Below are positions 28,067-38,437 of a stretch of DNA of 64,000 bases, one piece after another. The first letter of the stretch is position 1, and the number at the start of each line of letters is the position of its first letter. A model generated the notes under the pieces. That model saw nothing but the letters and a program-made list of their open reading frames with translations, had not been told where the DNA came from and did not search any database. Where the stretch lies: positions 1,215,017 to 1,279,016 of the forward strand of contig CAVXFH010000002.1 in assembly GCA_963761035.1 (NCBI GenBank), read 5' to 3'. Position numbers and translations under genes: made by a program. This DNA is from an uncultured Gammaproteobacteria bacterium (GTDB lineage Bacteria > Pseudomonadota > Gammaproteobacteria > DRLM01).

Positions 28067-28552
28067 ATGAATTTCTGGCTGATGAAATCGGAGCCGGATG
28101 TGTTCGGTATTGACGACCTGAGAAACAGGCCCCGCCAAACGGAGCACTGGGACGGCGTACGCAATTATCAGGCGCGCAATATGCTGCGCGACCGGATGAA
28201 AAATGGCGATCAGGCCTTTTTTTACCACTCAAGCTGCAAGGAACCGGGCATCGTCGGCATTATGGAAATTGCGCGGCAGGGCTATCCGGACGATAGTGCA
28301 TGGAACCCGAAGAGCCGGCATTACGATCCAAAGAGTACGCCGACGCGCGTACGTTGGTACATGGTGGATGTGCGTTATAGGCGCAAGCTTCGCCGTTGCA
28401 TTACTCTCCAGGAATTGAAAGGACACCCCGAGCTGGCCGCTTTGACACTGCTAAGACGAGGAAACCGCCTCTCGATCATGCCCGTCACCCCCGAACAGTG
28501 GAATTTCATCCTGGGTCTCGAAAAATTTTTTCCGGACATTAACCGCCGTTGA
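28067..28552 (+). CDS. EVE (PUA-like) domain protein
   Basis: MNFWLMKSEPDVFGIDDL...WDGVRNYQARNMLRDRMKNGDQAFFYHSSC... is canonical EVE. Confidence 0.8.
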   Translation: MNFWLMKSEPDVFGIDDLRNRPRQTEHWDGVRNYQARNMLRDRMKNGDQAFFYHSSCKEPGIVGIMEIARQGYPDDSAWNPKSRHYDPKSTPTRVRWYMVDVRYRRKLRRCITLQELKGHPELAALTLLRRGNRLSIMPVTPEQWNFILGLEKFFPDINRR

Positions 28553-28861
28553 AACCGTCATTTTTACATTCGTCGCGCATTCACTCGTCGATAATCGCGA
28601 TGTGAAAACAGGCATACGTATAGAATGAATTCACTTCCTATATATTTAGCGCCGCGCAAAATCCACTTGCGGCAAACTCATCGCGACATCAGAATATCGC
28701 CGACGAAGCTTGCCCACCCATGAAAAAAAAACTTCCATTTTGGGCTAAAGGAATGTACAACATGTTTCGATAGTGTTATCGAGTAGGTAAACACTCTTTG
28801 ATTTTTAAAGAAGTTGTTTATACTTATTAGTGAACACTACGTTCAATATGGAGGAAATAAA

Positions 28862-29017
28862 ATGGCAACAAAGAAGAAAGCGACTTCAAAGAAGAAGTCA
28901 GCCGCCAAGAAAAAGGTGGCCGTAAAGAAGAAAGCAGCTCCCAAGAAGAAAGCTACTGCGAAGAAGAAGGCTAAGGCCACTTCCAAGAAGAAAGCTTCCC
29001 GCCGGAAAAAGAAGTAA
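28862..29017 (+). CDS. Histone H1-like lysine/alanine-rich small basic protein (KKKA repeats)
   Basis: 51-aa ORF MATKKKATSKKKSAAKKKVAVKKKAAPKKKATAKKKAKATSKKKASRRKKK. GGAGG RBS at 7 nt. 300-bp AT-rich upstream region. Confidence 0.6.
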   Translation: MATKKKATSKKKSAAKKKVAVKKKAAPKKKATAKKKAKATSKKKASRRKKK

Positions 29018-29039
29018 CTTCCGGTTAGTAGTACGGTAC

Positions 29040-29075
29040 GAAGGGCCTGCCAAAAGCGGGCCCTTCGTGTATCTG
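29040..29075. terminator. Probable bidirectional terminator hairpin between the histone-like gene and ilvA
   Basis: CGAAGGGCC-TGCCAAAAGCG-GGCCCTTCG stem-loop. The T-run is weak. Confidence 0.4.
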
Positions 29076-29120
29076 GACCACCCTCGGAATTAGTTTTGTA
29101 TCCTGCGTTACAGGGGCAAT

Positions 29121-30635
29121 CTAGCGCAGGAATAAAGAGTAGGCGGGGTTGGCGGTCTCATCCGCGTAGGGATAACCCAGCTCTTTAAGGAAGATTTCAA
29201 GGCGTCGGCGATCGCCGGGCGGCACCTGCATACCCACCAACACCCGGCCATACGCGGCGCCGTGGTTGCGATAGTGAAACAAGCTGATGTTCCAACGCTG
29301 ACCCATGCTGGTCAGGAAACGTAACAAGGCGCCCGGGCGTTCGGGAAATTCAAAGCGGTAGACCATTTCTTGCTCGATGCCGGCGGCATGCCCGCCCACC
29401 AGATGCCGCACATGCAGTTTAGCCGTTTCATTGTCGGTGAGATCGATGACCGGATAGCCGTCGGCATGCAGGCGGGCCACGATCTCGTGCCGTTCCGTAT
29501 CCCCGCCGCGCAGCTGGATGCCCGCAAACACATGCGCGGCGGCGGCATCGGCATAGCGGTAGTTAAACTCGGTAATGGAGCGCGAACCGAGCACCTCGCA
29601 AAAGGCGCGAAAACTGCCGGGCCGCTCGGGAATCGTCACCGCCAAAATCGCCTCGTTGCGTTCGCCCAGCTCGGCGCGCTCGGCGACGTGGCGCAAACGA
29701 TCGAAGTTCATATTGGCGCCGCTGTCGATGGCTACCAAGTGCGCGCCGCGGAGCTTGGTGCGTTGCACATAGCGCTTCATCCCCGCCACGCTCAAGGCGC
29801 CCGCCGGTTCGGCAATGGAACGGGTATCGTCGAAGATATCCTTGATAGCGGCGCAAATCTCGTCGGTACCGACCAGGATCACCTTGTCGACACATTGCCG
29901 GGCGATGCGGAACGGTTCCTTGCCGATCTGACGTACCGCCACGCCGTCGGCGAAAATCCCCACTTGATCCAGCATTACCCGCTTACCGCGTTCCAATGCG
30001 CGATACAGGGTCGGCGCGTCTTCCGGTTCCACGCCGATCACCTTCACCTTGGGATATAGCGCCTTAACGTAACTGGACACGCCTGCGATCAATCCGCCGC
30101 CGCCCACCGGCACGAAGATCGCGTGAGGCGGCTCCTCATGCTGGCGCAGTATTTCCATGGCCACCGTTCCCTGACCGGCGATGACCTCCGGGTCGTCGTA
30201 TGGATGAATGAACACCAGATCCTTTTCCTTCGCCAAATCGATGGCGCGGGCGTAGGCCTCGTCATAGGTATCGCCGTGCAATACCGCCTTGGCGCCGAGT
30301 TTGCGCACCGACTGTACCTTGATCTCCGGCGTAGTGCGCGGCATGACGATGAGGGCCTGTATGCCCAAACGGTGCGCGGCCAGCGCCACACCTTGGGCAT
30401 GGTTGCCCGCCGAGGCGGTGATCACCCCTTTGGCGCGCCGTTCGGCATCGAGACTGACGATCTTGTTATAGGCGCCGCGCAGCTTGAAGGAAAACACCGG
30501 CTGCAGATCCTCGCGCTTCAACCAAACCGTATTTCCCAAACGCTCCGACAGGGAACGCATGACGTCCAGCGGCGTCTCGATGGCCACGTCGTAGACACGC
30601 GCCTTGAGTATTTTCTCCAAGTATTTCTTCGGCAT
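29121..30635 (-). CDS. ilvA: Threonine dehydratase, biosynthetic (two C-terminal ACT-like domains)
   Basis: PLP motif SFKLRGAYNK. 504 aa. Confidence 0.85.
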   Translation of the reverse strand: MPKKYLEKILKARVYDVAIETPLDVMRSLSERLGNTVWLKREDLQPVFSFKLRGAYNKIVSLDAERRAKGVITASAGNHAQGVALAAHRLGIQALIVMPRTTPEIKVQSVRKLGAKAVLHGDTYDEAYARAIDLAKEKDLVFIHPYDDPEVIAGQGTVAMEILRQHEEPPHAIFVPVGGGGLIAGVSSYVKALYPKVKVIGVEPEDAPTLYRALERGKRVMLDQVGIFADGVAVRQIGKEPFRIARQCVDKVILVGTDEICAAIKDIFDDTRSIAEPAGALSVAGMKRYVQRTKLRGAHLVAIDSGANMNFDRLRHVAERAELGERNEAILAVTIPERPGSFRAFCEVLGSRSITEFNYRYADAAAAHVFAGIQLRGGDTERHEIVARLHADGYPVIDLTDNETAKLHVRHLVGGHAAGIEQEMVYRFEFPERPGALLRFLTSMGQRWNISLFHYRNHGAAYGRVLVGMQVPPGDRRRLEIFLKELGYPYADETANPAYSLFLR

Positions 30636-30737
30636 CCGAATACAGTAGCAGCTTCATCCATCACTGCCTAGCGCCATGACTTTACCGGGAAAGATCGGGT
30701 ATGATCTTGGTTAAGCACTGCCTCCCGGAGAACTTCC

Positions 30738-31394
30738 ATGACTCAGGACACTCTCAAAAAGGCCGCCGCGGAAGCGGCCCTCGCTTACGTGCAGGTCGGC
30801 GCCATCGTCGGCATCGGCACCGGCTCCACCGCCAATTTCTTCATCGACGCCCTGGCGGGCATCAAACACAAAATCGAGGGTACGGTGGCCAGTTCCGTTG
30901 CCTCTGCCGAACGCCTCAAGCAACACGGCATCCCGGTGCTGGATCTCAACAGCGTCGACGAGATGGCTCTCTATGTGGACGGCGCCGACGAGGCCAACAG
31001 CTACCTGCAACTCATCAAAGGCGGCGGCGGCGCGCTGACCCGGGAGAAAATCGTCGCGGCGGTGGCCAAGCAATTCATATGTATCGCCGACCAATCAAAA
31101 CTGGTGGACATGCTGGGTACGTTCCCGCTGCCCATCGAGGTTATCCCCATGGCCCGCAGCCATGTCGCGCGCCAGGTGGTGAAGCTGGGCGGCCAACCGG
31201 CGCTGCGCCAAGGTTTCACCACCGACAACGGCAACGTGATCATCGACGCGCGCAACCTCAAGATCATGGACGCGGCCAAACTCGAGGCCGAACTGAATAA
31301 TATTCCCGGCGTGGTCACCAACGGCATCTTCGCCCTGCGTCCCGCCGATGTGCTGATTCTCGGCACTCCGCAAGGGGTACGCACCCTGACCTGA
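30738..31394 (+). CDS. rpiA: Ribose-5-phosphate isomerase A
   Basis: ...[25 protein letters not shown]... is canonical RpiA. Confidence 0.85.
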   Translation: MTQDTLKKAAAEAALAYVQVGAIVGIGTGSTANFFIDALAGIKHKIEGTVASSVASAERLKQHGIPVLDLNSVDEMALYVDGADEANSYLQLIKGGGGALTREKIVAAVAKQFICIADQSKLVDMLGTFPLPIEVIPMARSHVARQVVKLGGQPALRQGFTTDNGNVIIDARNLKIMDAAKLEAELNNIPGVVTNGIFALRPADVLILGTPQGVRTLT

Positions 31395-31468
31395 CTCGCA
31401 ACGCGGTCGCCAAACGGGCACTGCGCCGCCGGCCCGCGGGGAACATGGCCGTGGCGGGGCAGTCGAAC

Positions 31469-31687
31469 ATGAGTATGAAATCACCCATGGCGCAGGCGCT
31501 GATTACGATCGGCTTGATTATAGTAGCGGCGGGTCTGCTGTGGCCCGTGCTGCAAAAGCTCGGTTTGGGCCGGATGCCCGGCGATATCATCATTGAGAAG
31601 CAAAACTTCCGCTTCTACTTTCCCCTGGCCACTTCCATCATCATCAGTCTGATACTGACCATCCTCTTCTGGTTATTTCGCCGCTAA
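31469..31687 (+). CDS. DUF2905 small membrane protein
   Basis: ...GRMPGDIIIEKQNFRFYFPLATSIIISLILTILFWLF. Start is uncertain (31445, 31469 or 31487). Confidence 0.55.
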   Translation: MSMKSPMAQALITIGLIIVAAGLLWPVLQKLGLGRMPGDIIIEKQNFRFYFPLATSIIISLILTILFWLFRR

Positions 31688-31720
31688 GCGGCAAACCGCC
31701 CGTCATCGGCAAATCTGACC

Positions 31721-32989
31721 TCAAATTGCGAAGTAGGGCCCCGCGCCGGCGCTGGTATTTTGCCCCTCGATAGCGACGTAGACATGGCGCCCGAAGAAGG
31801 CGGGCAATCCCCAAATAAAGGCATTGGGTTGCGGCAAGCCAATATTATTGAATGCCGTATACGTCGGATTGCCGGCAAACAGGCTGAAGGCATTGCCCAC
31901 GCTGAACGGGACAACGGCGTTGCCGGCGCTATTCGTTCCCTGAATCACGGCGGAAAGCGACAGTGGTGACTGCGGACAATAAAATCCCAAGGCAATGCTC
32001 TGCGGCGGGTTTTGACTTGTGCAAACCTTTATGGCGCTATCAAAGAAATAGGCCGATGAACCGCTGTCGAACAAGCTGAAGGTAATTGGGCTGTTGTTAT
32101 ACACGGTGGTGAAGTAACCGGTAGCCGGCGCCGTCTGGATAACCTTCGCCGTTCCCAGTCCATTATTGGGCTGGGTGTCGATACCGAAAACCAGCGCGCC
32201 GCTGACCGTTGCCGCGCCGGTGGAATTAATCCCCGGCAATTCGACAATAACGCCGTTGTTGTCGTTGGCGAACCGCGCTACCGGATTCGCCACCTGCAGA
32301 TCCACGGCTATCCCGCTATCTAGCGTATTTACATCGCAGGGGCAGGTAAAATAAAAACCGCTTCCTGCAGCCGTACAAAAAACACCGCAATCCTGTAAGA
32401 ATTCGCCCACCCCCACTACCCCGTTGGCGCCGAAATCCTGCACCGTGTTTTCCGGGGTATTGCTGTTCACACACTCTCTCGGCTCGGTAAAGGCCGGAGC
32501 CGGATCCCCTATCACCTGGATAGGCACCGAGGCGGCGGCCTCGCCTGACATCTTCACATCGGCGATCTTCACCGGTCCCCACGCGCTGCCATCGGCGAAC
32601 CGGGTACATTCGGCGATGGGATTCCCGTCGGCGGTCTCCTCCGTCGGCAAGGCCGAGGCCAGGGAGGGATTCAGCACCGATGATATGATCCGCAAACCGT
32701 TCGATCCGGTATCGACCAGTACGTGATCGATGGCTTGGCAGTTAGCGGTACCGGGAGCACAGACAGTGACGCTGATGAAGAGGACGTTGGTGCTATTACC
32801 GACCGGGCCGGAATCGATCGTTGTCTTCTGTACATTGGCCGCGGGGGACGCGATTGGCGCACCGCCGCCGCCCCCGCCGCCAGCAGCGCCGCTTGTCACG
32901 GTGCCGCCTCCGCCGCCGCACGCCGAGAGCAGCACGGCTAACGCCAATGAAGCGGCCATCCGAATTTTAAACAACGTATAACACCTCAT
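31721..32989 (-). CDS. DUF3443 family lipoprotein (glycine-rich linker)
   Basis: Lipobox LLSACGGGGG. ...HVLVDTGSNGLRIISSVL... as recalled for DUF3443. Paired with the DUF2844 gene upstream by an ATGA overlap. Confidence 0.6.
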   Translation of the reverse strand: MRCYTLFKIRMAASLALAVLLSACGGGGGTVTSGAAGGGGGGGAPIASPAANVQKTTIDSGPVGNSTNVLFISVTVCAPGTANCQAIDHVLVDTGSNGLRIISSVLNPSLASALPTEETADGNPIAECTRFADGSAWGPVKIADVKMSGEAAASVPIQVIGDPAPAFTEPRECVNSNTPENTVQDFGANGVVGVGEFLQDCGVFCTAAGSGFYFTCPCDVNTLDSGIAVDLQVANPVARFANDNNGVIVELPGINSTGAATVSGALVFGIDTQPNNGLGTAKVIQTAPATGYFTTVYNNSPITFSLFDSGSSAYFFDSAIKVCTSQNPPQSIALGFYCPQSPLSLSAVIQGTNSAGNAVVPFSVGNAFSLFAGNPTYTAFNNIGLPQPNAFIWGLPAFFGRHVYVAIEGQNTSAGAGPYFAI

Positions 32990-33489
32990 TGGATATCGGT
33001 GACGGCAACGTCTTGCGGCAAGGCTTGCGGCAAGTAAGCCCGCCCATAGAACGCCCGCACGCGTCCGTTCGATTCCACCACCAGATCGGGCAATTGGATA
33101 TCGAGATGCCCGTGATCGGCATGACGCCCGTCATCGGCGTGGCGGGCCGCGGCGGCGGCGGTATATTGCGTAAATTTGGCGCCCAGCAGCTGGTGCAAGT
33201 CGGGGAGCAAGGGCCCTTGCCAGGCGACGGCGAAGACGGTGCCCGACATGGACAAGTATTCCCTGACGATCGTTCCCGCCGGTGATTGGAGTTCGTAAAC
33301 CGTGTAATTGTCGGTAGCCGCCGAGATGCGTTGCGAGGCATTCATGGCGGATTGATCGGCCTGCACCGACTCCATATCGCCGCCCAAGGCGGCCGAAACG
33401 CCGCGCGGGAAGATCGCGGCCAACAATATAATTGGCAAGCAATGCAGCATTCGAATAAAGCAGGAGGGAGAAAGCACTCGAACCTTCAT
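32986..33489 (-). CDS. DUF2844 family secreted protein
   Basis: Signal peptide. Canonical partner of DUF3443. AAGGTG RBS before the ATG at 33489. Confidence 0.55.
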   Translation of the reverse strand: MKVRVLSPSCFIRMLHCLPIILLAAIFPRGVSAALGGDMESVQADQSAMNASQRISAATDNYTVYELQSPAGTIVREYLSMSGTVFAVAWQGPLLPDLHQLLGAKFTQYTAAAAARHADDGRHADHGHLDIQLPDLVVESNGRVRAFYGRAYLPQALPQDVAVTDIQ

Positions 33490-33967
33490 ACCGTTCACCT
33501 TAATAGAGTCTTGATAAGCTTTCGCGCCTTTATCGTACCTGAGACCGTCCCTAAAGCACTCCCAGGCATTTAACCCGACCTGGCGGATGAATTATCCCCT
33601 TTACCCGCATGACGGATGTTCGGCCCCGGCGGGGCGGGAAGCACGATTATAATCAGAATAAAATCAAATTGAACAATATTTCTACCGCCGCGCAAAACCG
33701 GGCAAAAAATCACCGGAAAAGATGCCCTGCCCGTCGATGGCATCTTGTCGCAACGTATTTGGTCTCTGCCTCGCTGCCCTTTTGTACCACGAACCTACAG
33801 CCCTTCACTCCGGTTCAGGACCGGAGACTTGATGAGGCTTAACGACCGCGGGGGCGGCCAATAGGCAAGCGATAATACGCACAGACGTTTCATGTGACGG
33901 ACTCCTTGTTGATAGAGATGGCATAGCGGATACATCATGGTTTTTTCGCCGTTGAGCACCGGAGCGC

Positions 33968-36900
33968 CTACAACAGCACCCGCTCGATGCCGCCTTGTTT
34001 GACACGCTCCACGAAGCGTTCCTGCCAACCCGCGCCCAGCCATTTGTTGGCCAGCTCCACCACGATGTAATCGGTGTCGAGGCCGGTTTCGGCGCGATAG
34101 CGGGCCAGGCCCTGCTGACAGGCCGGACAAGAAGTGAGGAGTTTGACGTTGCCGTCTTGAACCTCGCGCACGCCGGTGAGTTGTTCGATGCCTGTCTTGA
34201 GTTCTTCTTCCTTGCGGAAACGCACCTGGCTCGCGATGTCGGGGCGCGCCACGGCGAAGGTGCCGGCCTCGCCGCAGCAGCGGTCCGAGAGCTTCACCTC
34301 GGCGCCGCCCAACAGCTTCGACGCTACGCCTACCGGGTTATGGGTCTTCATAGGCGTGTGGCAGGGATCATGATAGAGGTAGCGCACGCCGGTGACGCCA
34401 TCCAGGCTCACGCCCTTCTCCATCAGGTATTCATGAATATCAAGGAGGCGGCAGCCGGGAAAAATCCGGTCGAATTCGTATTTGAGCAATTGGTCCATGC
34501 AGGTTCCGCAGGACACGATCACTGTCTTGATATCGAGATAGTTGAGGGCGTTGGCGACACGGTGGAACAGTACGCGGTTCTCGGTGGTAATCTTCTGGCC
34601 CTTGGCCGCATCGCCGCTGGAGGTCTGGGGGTAGCCGCAACAAAGATAACCCGGCGGCAGGACGGTTTGCGTGCCGATCTCATACAGCGCGGCCAGGGTG
34701 GCGAGACCGATCTGGCTAAACAGCCGTTCCGAGCCGCAGCCCGGAAAATAAAACACCGCGTCACTATCTTCCGTGACCTTGGCGGAGTCGCGCAACACCG
34801 GAATAACCTTGCTGTCCTCCGCGCCCAACAGCGCGCGCATAGTCTGGGTCGGCAGTTTGTTGGGCAGGGGCCTCTTCATGAATTGGATTACTTGGGTCTT
34901 TACGCTCGCCTTGCCGGTGGTGGCGGCGGGCAACTCCTTATCACCCAGCAGGCGCAGGCGCTTGGCCACGCCGTGAGCGCTGCGCTGCGCGGCGTATCCC
35001 CAGCCGATCAGGGTCTTGCGCATCAGCTTGATGGTGGCGGGATCGGTGACATTCAGGAACGCCATGGAGACCCAGGTTCCCAGATTGGCATGGCGCTGAC
35101 CGCGATCCTTGAGGATCTTGCGCATGCGCACCGACACGTCGCCGAAATCGATGTCCACCGGGCAAGGTGTGAGGCACTTGTGGCAAACGGTGCAATGGTC
35201 GGCCACATCGTTCATCTCATCGAAGTGGCGAATGGAGATACCGCGCCGGGTCTGTTCTTCATAGAGGAAGGCCTCGATCATCAGGCCGGTGGCGAGAATC
35301 TTGTTGCGCGGCGAATAGAGCAGATTGGCGCGGGGGATATGCGTGTTACACGCCGGCTTGCACTTGCCGCAGCGCAGGCAGTGGCGAATATCGTCGTTGA
35401 GGGCGCCCAGTTCGCTCTCCTTCAACAGCAAGGCCTCCTGCTGTACCAGGCGCAGCGAGGGCGTGTAGGCATTGGCCAGATCGGCGCCCGCCAACAGCTT
35501 GCCGCGATTGAAGCGGCCCTCCGGATCCACCTTGCGCTTGTAGTCGGCGAAGGCGGCGACACTCTCCGGTGCGAGATATTGAAACTTGGTGATGCCGATG
35601 CCGTGCTCGCCGGAGATGACGCCGTCCAGCGCCTTGGCCAAGGCCATCACCCGGTCCACCACCCGTTCCGCCTCCTGCAGCATTTGATAGTCGTTGGAGT
35701 TGACCGGGATGTTGGTGTGTACGTTGCCGTCGCCGGCGTGCATGTGCAGGGCGACAAACAGGCGGCTGGAGCGGATGGCGGCATGAATTGCGTCGAGACG
35801 CGCCCGCACACCCGCGAAGGCCTGACCGGTGAAGATCTCCTTGAGAGGATGATCGACTTCGCGGCGATAAGACACCCGTAAGGCGCGGCGCAGCAACAAT
35901 GACAGCAGGGTCTCGCCAGGCAGCACGCTATTGCGCGGTTCCTCGCCCAATAAGGCCTGATGTTGCGCGGCGGGTTCCTCCATGCGCGACAGGTACACCG
36001 ACCATCGCCCGCGCACCGCGGAGATATGCTCGCGCGCCGTCTGCCGCTTAGCGGCGATGATGGCATTGTCTTCGACGCTGGCCTCGTAATCCGCCACTTG
36101 CCGCACCTCGGGCAATTCTCCGCATAGATATTCCTCTACCGCATCCAACAGGCGCAGCTTATTGGCGATGGATTGTTCGATATTGATGCGCTCGATGCCC
36201 TCGCTGTAATCGGCGAGCTTGTCCAGGGGGATTACCACGTCTTCATTGATCTTGAAGGCGTTGGTGTGGGCGGCGATCGCGGCGGTGCGGGCGCGGTCCA
36301 CCCAGAAACGGCGTCGCGCCTCAGGACTCACGGCGATGAATCCCTCCGCCTCGCGGGCGTTAGCCAGACGCACTACGGTAGAGGAGGCCTCGGCCACCGC
36401 GTGGTCGTCGTCACCGGAGACGTCGATCAACAATACCATTTTGGGGCGGTCGCGGCGCGGCGCCTTGGTGCTGTACTTCACCGCGCGCAGATAGCGCTCG
36501 TCGAGGTGCTCCATACCTGACAGTACGGCGTCGGGGTTGGCGTCGAGATAATCCTTGATCTCCACGATGGCGGATACGGCGCGGCGCAAATCGTTGCCGA
36601 AGAATTCCAAACACAACGTACGGGTGTATCTGGGCATGCGGTGCAACACGAACACCGCCGAGGTGATCAGTCCGTCACAACCCTCTTTTTGCACACCGGG
36701 CAGACCGCCCAGGAATTTATCGGTGACATCTTTGCCCAGACCCGCCTTGCGGAACAAGCGGCCCGGCAGGCGCAGAATCTCCGGTTCGCCTATAGGAGTA
36801 CTGCCGTCGGGACGAAAGCGGCTCAGTCGAAATTCCACAATCTCCTGTTCGTGAATCTTGCCGAGGTTGTGATTGAGGCGCTCCACCTCCAACCACTCGG

Positions 36901-37891
36901 CGTCCGGCGTTACCATGCGCCATGAGGCGAGATTATCCACGGCGGTGCCCCATAACACCGCCTTCTTTCCGCCGGCGTTCATGGCGATGTTGCCGCCGAT
37001 AGTGGAGGCATCCATGGAAGTGGGATCGACGGCGAATACCAAATGATTCGCTTCCGCCGCTTCCGCCACCCGCTTGGTCACCACGCCGCACTCGGCGCGC
37101 ACCGTGGGAACCGCTTCGCTCAAACCGGGCAGCAGGCGATGCTCCACCTTACTCAGACCTTCCAGCTTCTCGGTATTGATCACCGCGGTATCGGCGTGTA
37201 AGGGTACCGCGCTGCCGGTGTACCCGGTACCGCCGCCGCGGGGAATGATGGTCAAACCCAGTTCGATGCAGGCCGCCACCAGCGGCGCGACTTCTCCTTC
37301 CGCGTCGGGATTGAGCACCACGAAGGGGAACTCCACACGCCAATCGGTGGCGTCGGTAACATGGGAGACGCGGGCAAACCCGTCGAAACGGATGTTGTCG
37401 CGCCGCGTCGCCTTGGCGAAACGGCGCAGCGCCCTCTGCCGCAGACTGCGCTGTTCCACGAACCAGCCCTCGAACTCGCGCACCGCCTCCCGGGCACGGT
37501 TGGTCAATTGCAGGGCAACGGGGTTATTTTCGGCGCGGCCGACGATCTGATCGAGGCGCTGATAGAGCGTGGCGGACAAGGATGTAAGCCGCCGGGCATT
37601 TTCCAGCAGGTCATCTTGAATGTACGGATTGCGGGTCACCACCCACATGTCGCCCAGGATCTCGAACAGCATCTGCGCCGAACGACCGGTACGGCGGCTG
37701 TCGCGCAGCTGGTTTAGCGCCGTCCACATGGGTTCCCCAAGAAAACGAATGACGATTTCACGATCGGAGAACGACGTGTAGTTGTAGGGTATCTCGCGAA
37801 TGCGCGGTTGACTGCTGGCTACCATGGGCGTGCGTCGTGGAGCGGGGAAACCTTGTTGGCATATAAAAAAGCCGCGGCTAAATTGTAACAC
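33968..37891 (-). CDS. Large FAD-binding oxidoreductase (GlcD-like) fused to a GlcF-like CCG iron-sulfur domain, with DUF3683-like N-terminus (YdiJ-like, 1307 aa)
   Basis: N-terminal ...[16 protein letters not shown]... Central FAD-binding PCMH domain. C-terminal cysteine clusters ([29 protein letters not shown]). The real start may be the ATG at 37825. Confidence 0.75.
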   Translation of the reverse strand: MLQFSRGFFICQQGFPAPRRTPMVASSQPRIREIPYNYTSFSDREIVIRFLGEPMWTALNQLRDSRRTGRSAQMLFEILGDMWVVTRNPYIQDDLLENARRLTSLSATLYQRLDQIVGRAENNPVALQLTNRAREAVREFEGWFVEQRSLRQRALRRFAKATRRDNIRFDGFARVSHVTDATDWRVEFPFVVLNPDAEGEVAPLVAACIELGLTIIPRGGGTGYTGSAVPLHADTAVINTEKLEGLSKVEHRLLPGLSEAVPTVRAECGVVTKRVAEAAEANHLVFAVDPTSMDASTIGGNIAMNAGGKKAVLWGTAVDNLASWRMVTPDAEWLEVERLNHNLGKIHEQEIVEFRLSRFRPDGSTPIGEPEILRLPGRLFRKAGLGKDVTDKFLGGLPGVQKEGCDGLITSAVFVLHRMPRYTRTLCLEFFGNDLRRAVSAIVEIKDYLDANPDAVLSGMEHLDERYLRAVKYSTKAPRRDRPKMVLLIDVSGDDDHAVAEASSTVVRLANAREAEGFIAVSPEARRRFWVDRARTAAIAAHTNAFKINEDVVIPLDKLADYSEGIERINIEQSIANKLRLLDAVEEYLCGELPEVRQVADYEASVEDNAIIAAKRQTAREHISAVRGRWSVYLSRMEEPAAQHQALLGEEPRNSVLPGETLLSLLLRRALRVSYRREVDHPLKEIFTGQAFAGVRARLDAIHAAIRSSRLFVALHMHAGDGNVHTNIPVNSNDYQMLQEAERVVDRVMALAKALDGVISGEHGIGITKFQYLAPESVAAFADYKRKVDPEGRFNRGKLLAGADLANAYTPSLRLVQQEALLLKESELGALNDDIRHCLRCGKCKPACNTHIPRANLLYSPRNKILATGLMIEAFLYEEQTRRGISIRHFDEMNDVADHCTVCHKCLTPCPVDIDFGDVSVRMRKILKDRGQRHANLGTWVSMAFLNVTDPATIKLMRKTLIGWGYAAQRSAHGVAKRLRLLGDKELPAATTGKASVKTQVIQFMKRPLPNKLPTQTMRALLGAEDSKVIPVLRDSAKVTEDSDAVFYFPGCGSERLFSQIGLATLAALYEIGTQTVLPPGYLCCGYPQTSSGDAAKGQKITTENRVLFHRVANALNYLDIKTVIVSCGTCMDQLLKYEFDRIFPGCRLLDIHEYLMEKGVSLDGVTGVRYLYHDPCHTPMKTHNPVGVASKLLGGAEVKLSDRCCGEAGTFAVARPDIASQVRFRKEEELKTGIEQLTGVREVQDGNVKLLTSCPACQQGLARYRAETGLDTDYIVVELANKWLGAGWQERFVERVKQGGIERVLL

Positions 37892-37920
37892 GGCTCAGCG
37901 CGGAGATTCCCTTGGGCGCT

Positions 37921-38346
37921 TCAAGTCAACAGCAATAGCGCCGCATAACGTCCGGCCTTGCCCACCGCGATGAACAGTAGGGATGGCAACCAATGGGTGC
38001 GCAACCATCCCGCGGCAAGGCACAAGGGATCGCCAATTACCGGCAGCCACGACATCAGCAGGACGGGGCTACCCCAACGCCGAAGACGGGCGACGCCGCG
38101 CAGCTCCTTGTCAGCCAACTGCCGCGAGGGAAAACGCCAGGCGATAAAACGCCCCAAACCCCAGGAACTCATCCCGCCCAGGGTATTGCCGGCGGTCGCC
38201 ACCGCCAACAGCAGCAACTTGTCGGCGGAGCCCTTGGCGGCGACCAGCAACAACACCGCTTCGGAGCTGCCGGGCAGCAAGGTGGACGAGGTGAAGGCGC
38301 TGAGAAACAGCGCCCACAGGCTCCACTCTGAATCGATAACGCTCAC
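37921..38346 (-). CDS. YqaA/DedA-type (VTT domain) membrane protein
   Basis: 141 aa, 4 TM helices, YqaA-like. Confidence 0.55.
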   Translation of the reverse strand: MSVIDSEWSLWALFLSAFTSSTLLPGSSEAVLLLVAAKGSADKLLLLAVATAGNTLGGMSSWGLGRFIAWRFPSRQLADKELRGVARLRRWGSPVLLMSWLPVIGDPLCLAAGWLRTHWLPSLLFIAVGKAGRYAALLLLT

Positions 38347-38437
38347 TAAGCCCCGCTCGCGCGCGCATACGTCACGGCAAATATAATTAATCCAGTATTC
38401 GTCAGGATGGATTGGACCCCCGTTCCGAGCCCGCTGT

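Noticed and set aside
28814-29017. Longer 67-aa version of the histone-like ORF starting MFILISEHYVQYGGNK
   Set aside because: The GGAGG RBS sits inside that extension and is correctly spaced only for the ATG at 28862.
33500-33967. Possible tRNA or small RNA in the 470-bp leader upstream of the DUF2844 gene
   Set aside because: No cloverleaf-compatible sequence (no GTTC-type T-loop with a matching acceptor stem) was found by eye. Only a short CCGGTTCAGGACCGG hairpin, which is insufficient.
33995-35881. 628-aa plus-strand ORF antisense to the FAD/Fe-S oxidoreductase gene
   Set aside because: G/A/L/H-rich low-complexity translation. The opposite strand encodes a protein with clear FAD and Fe-S motifs.
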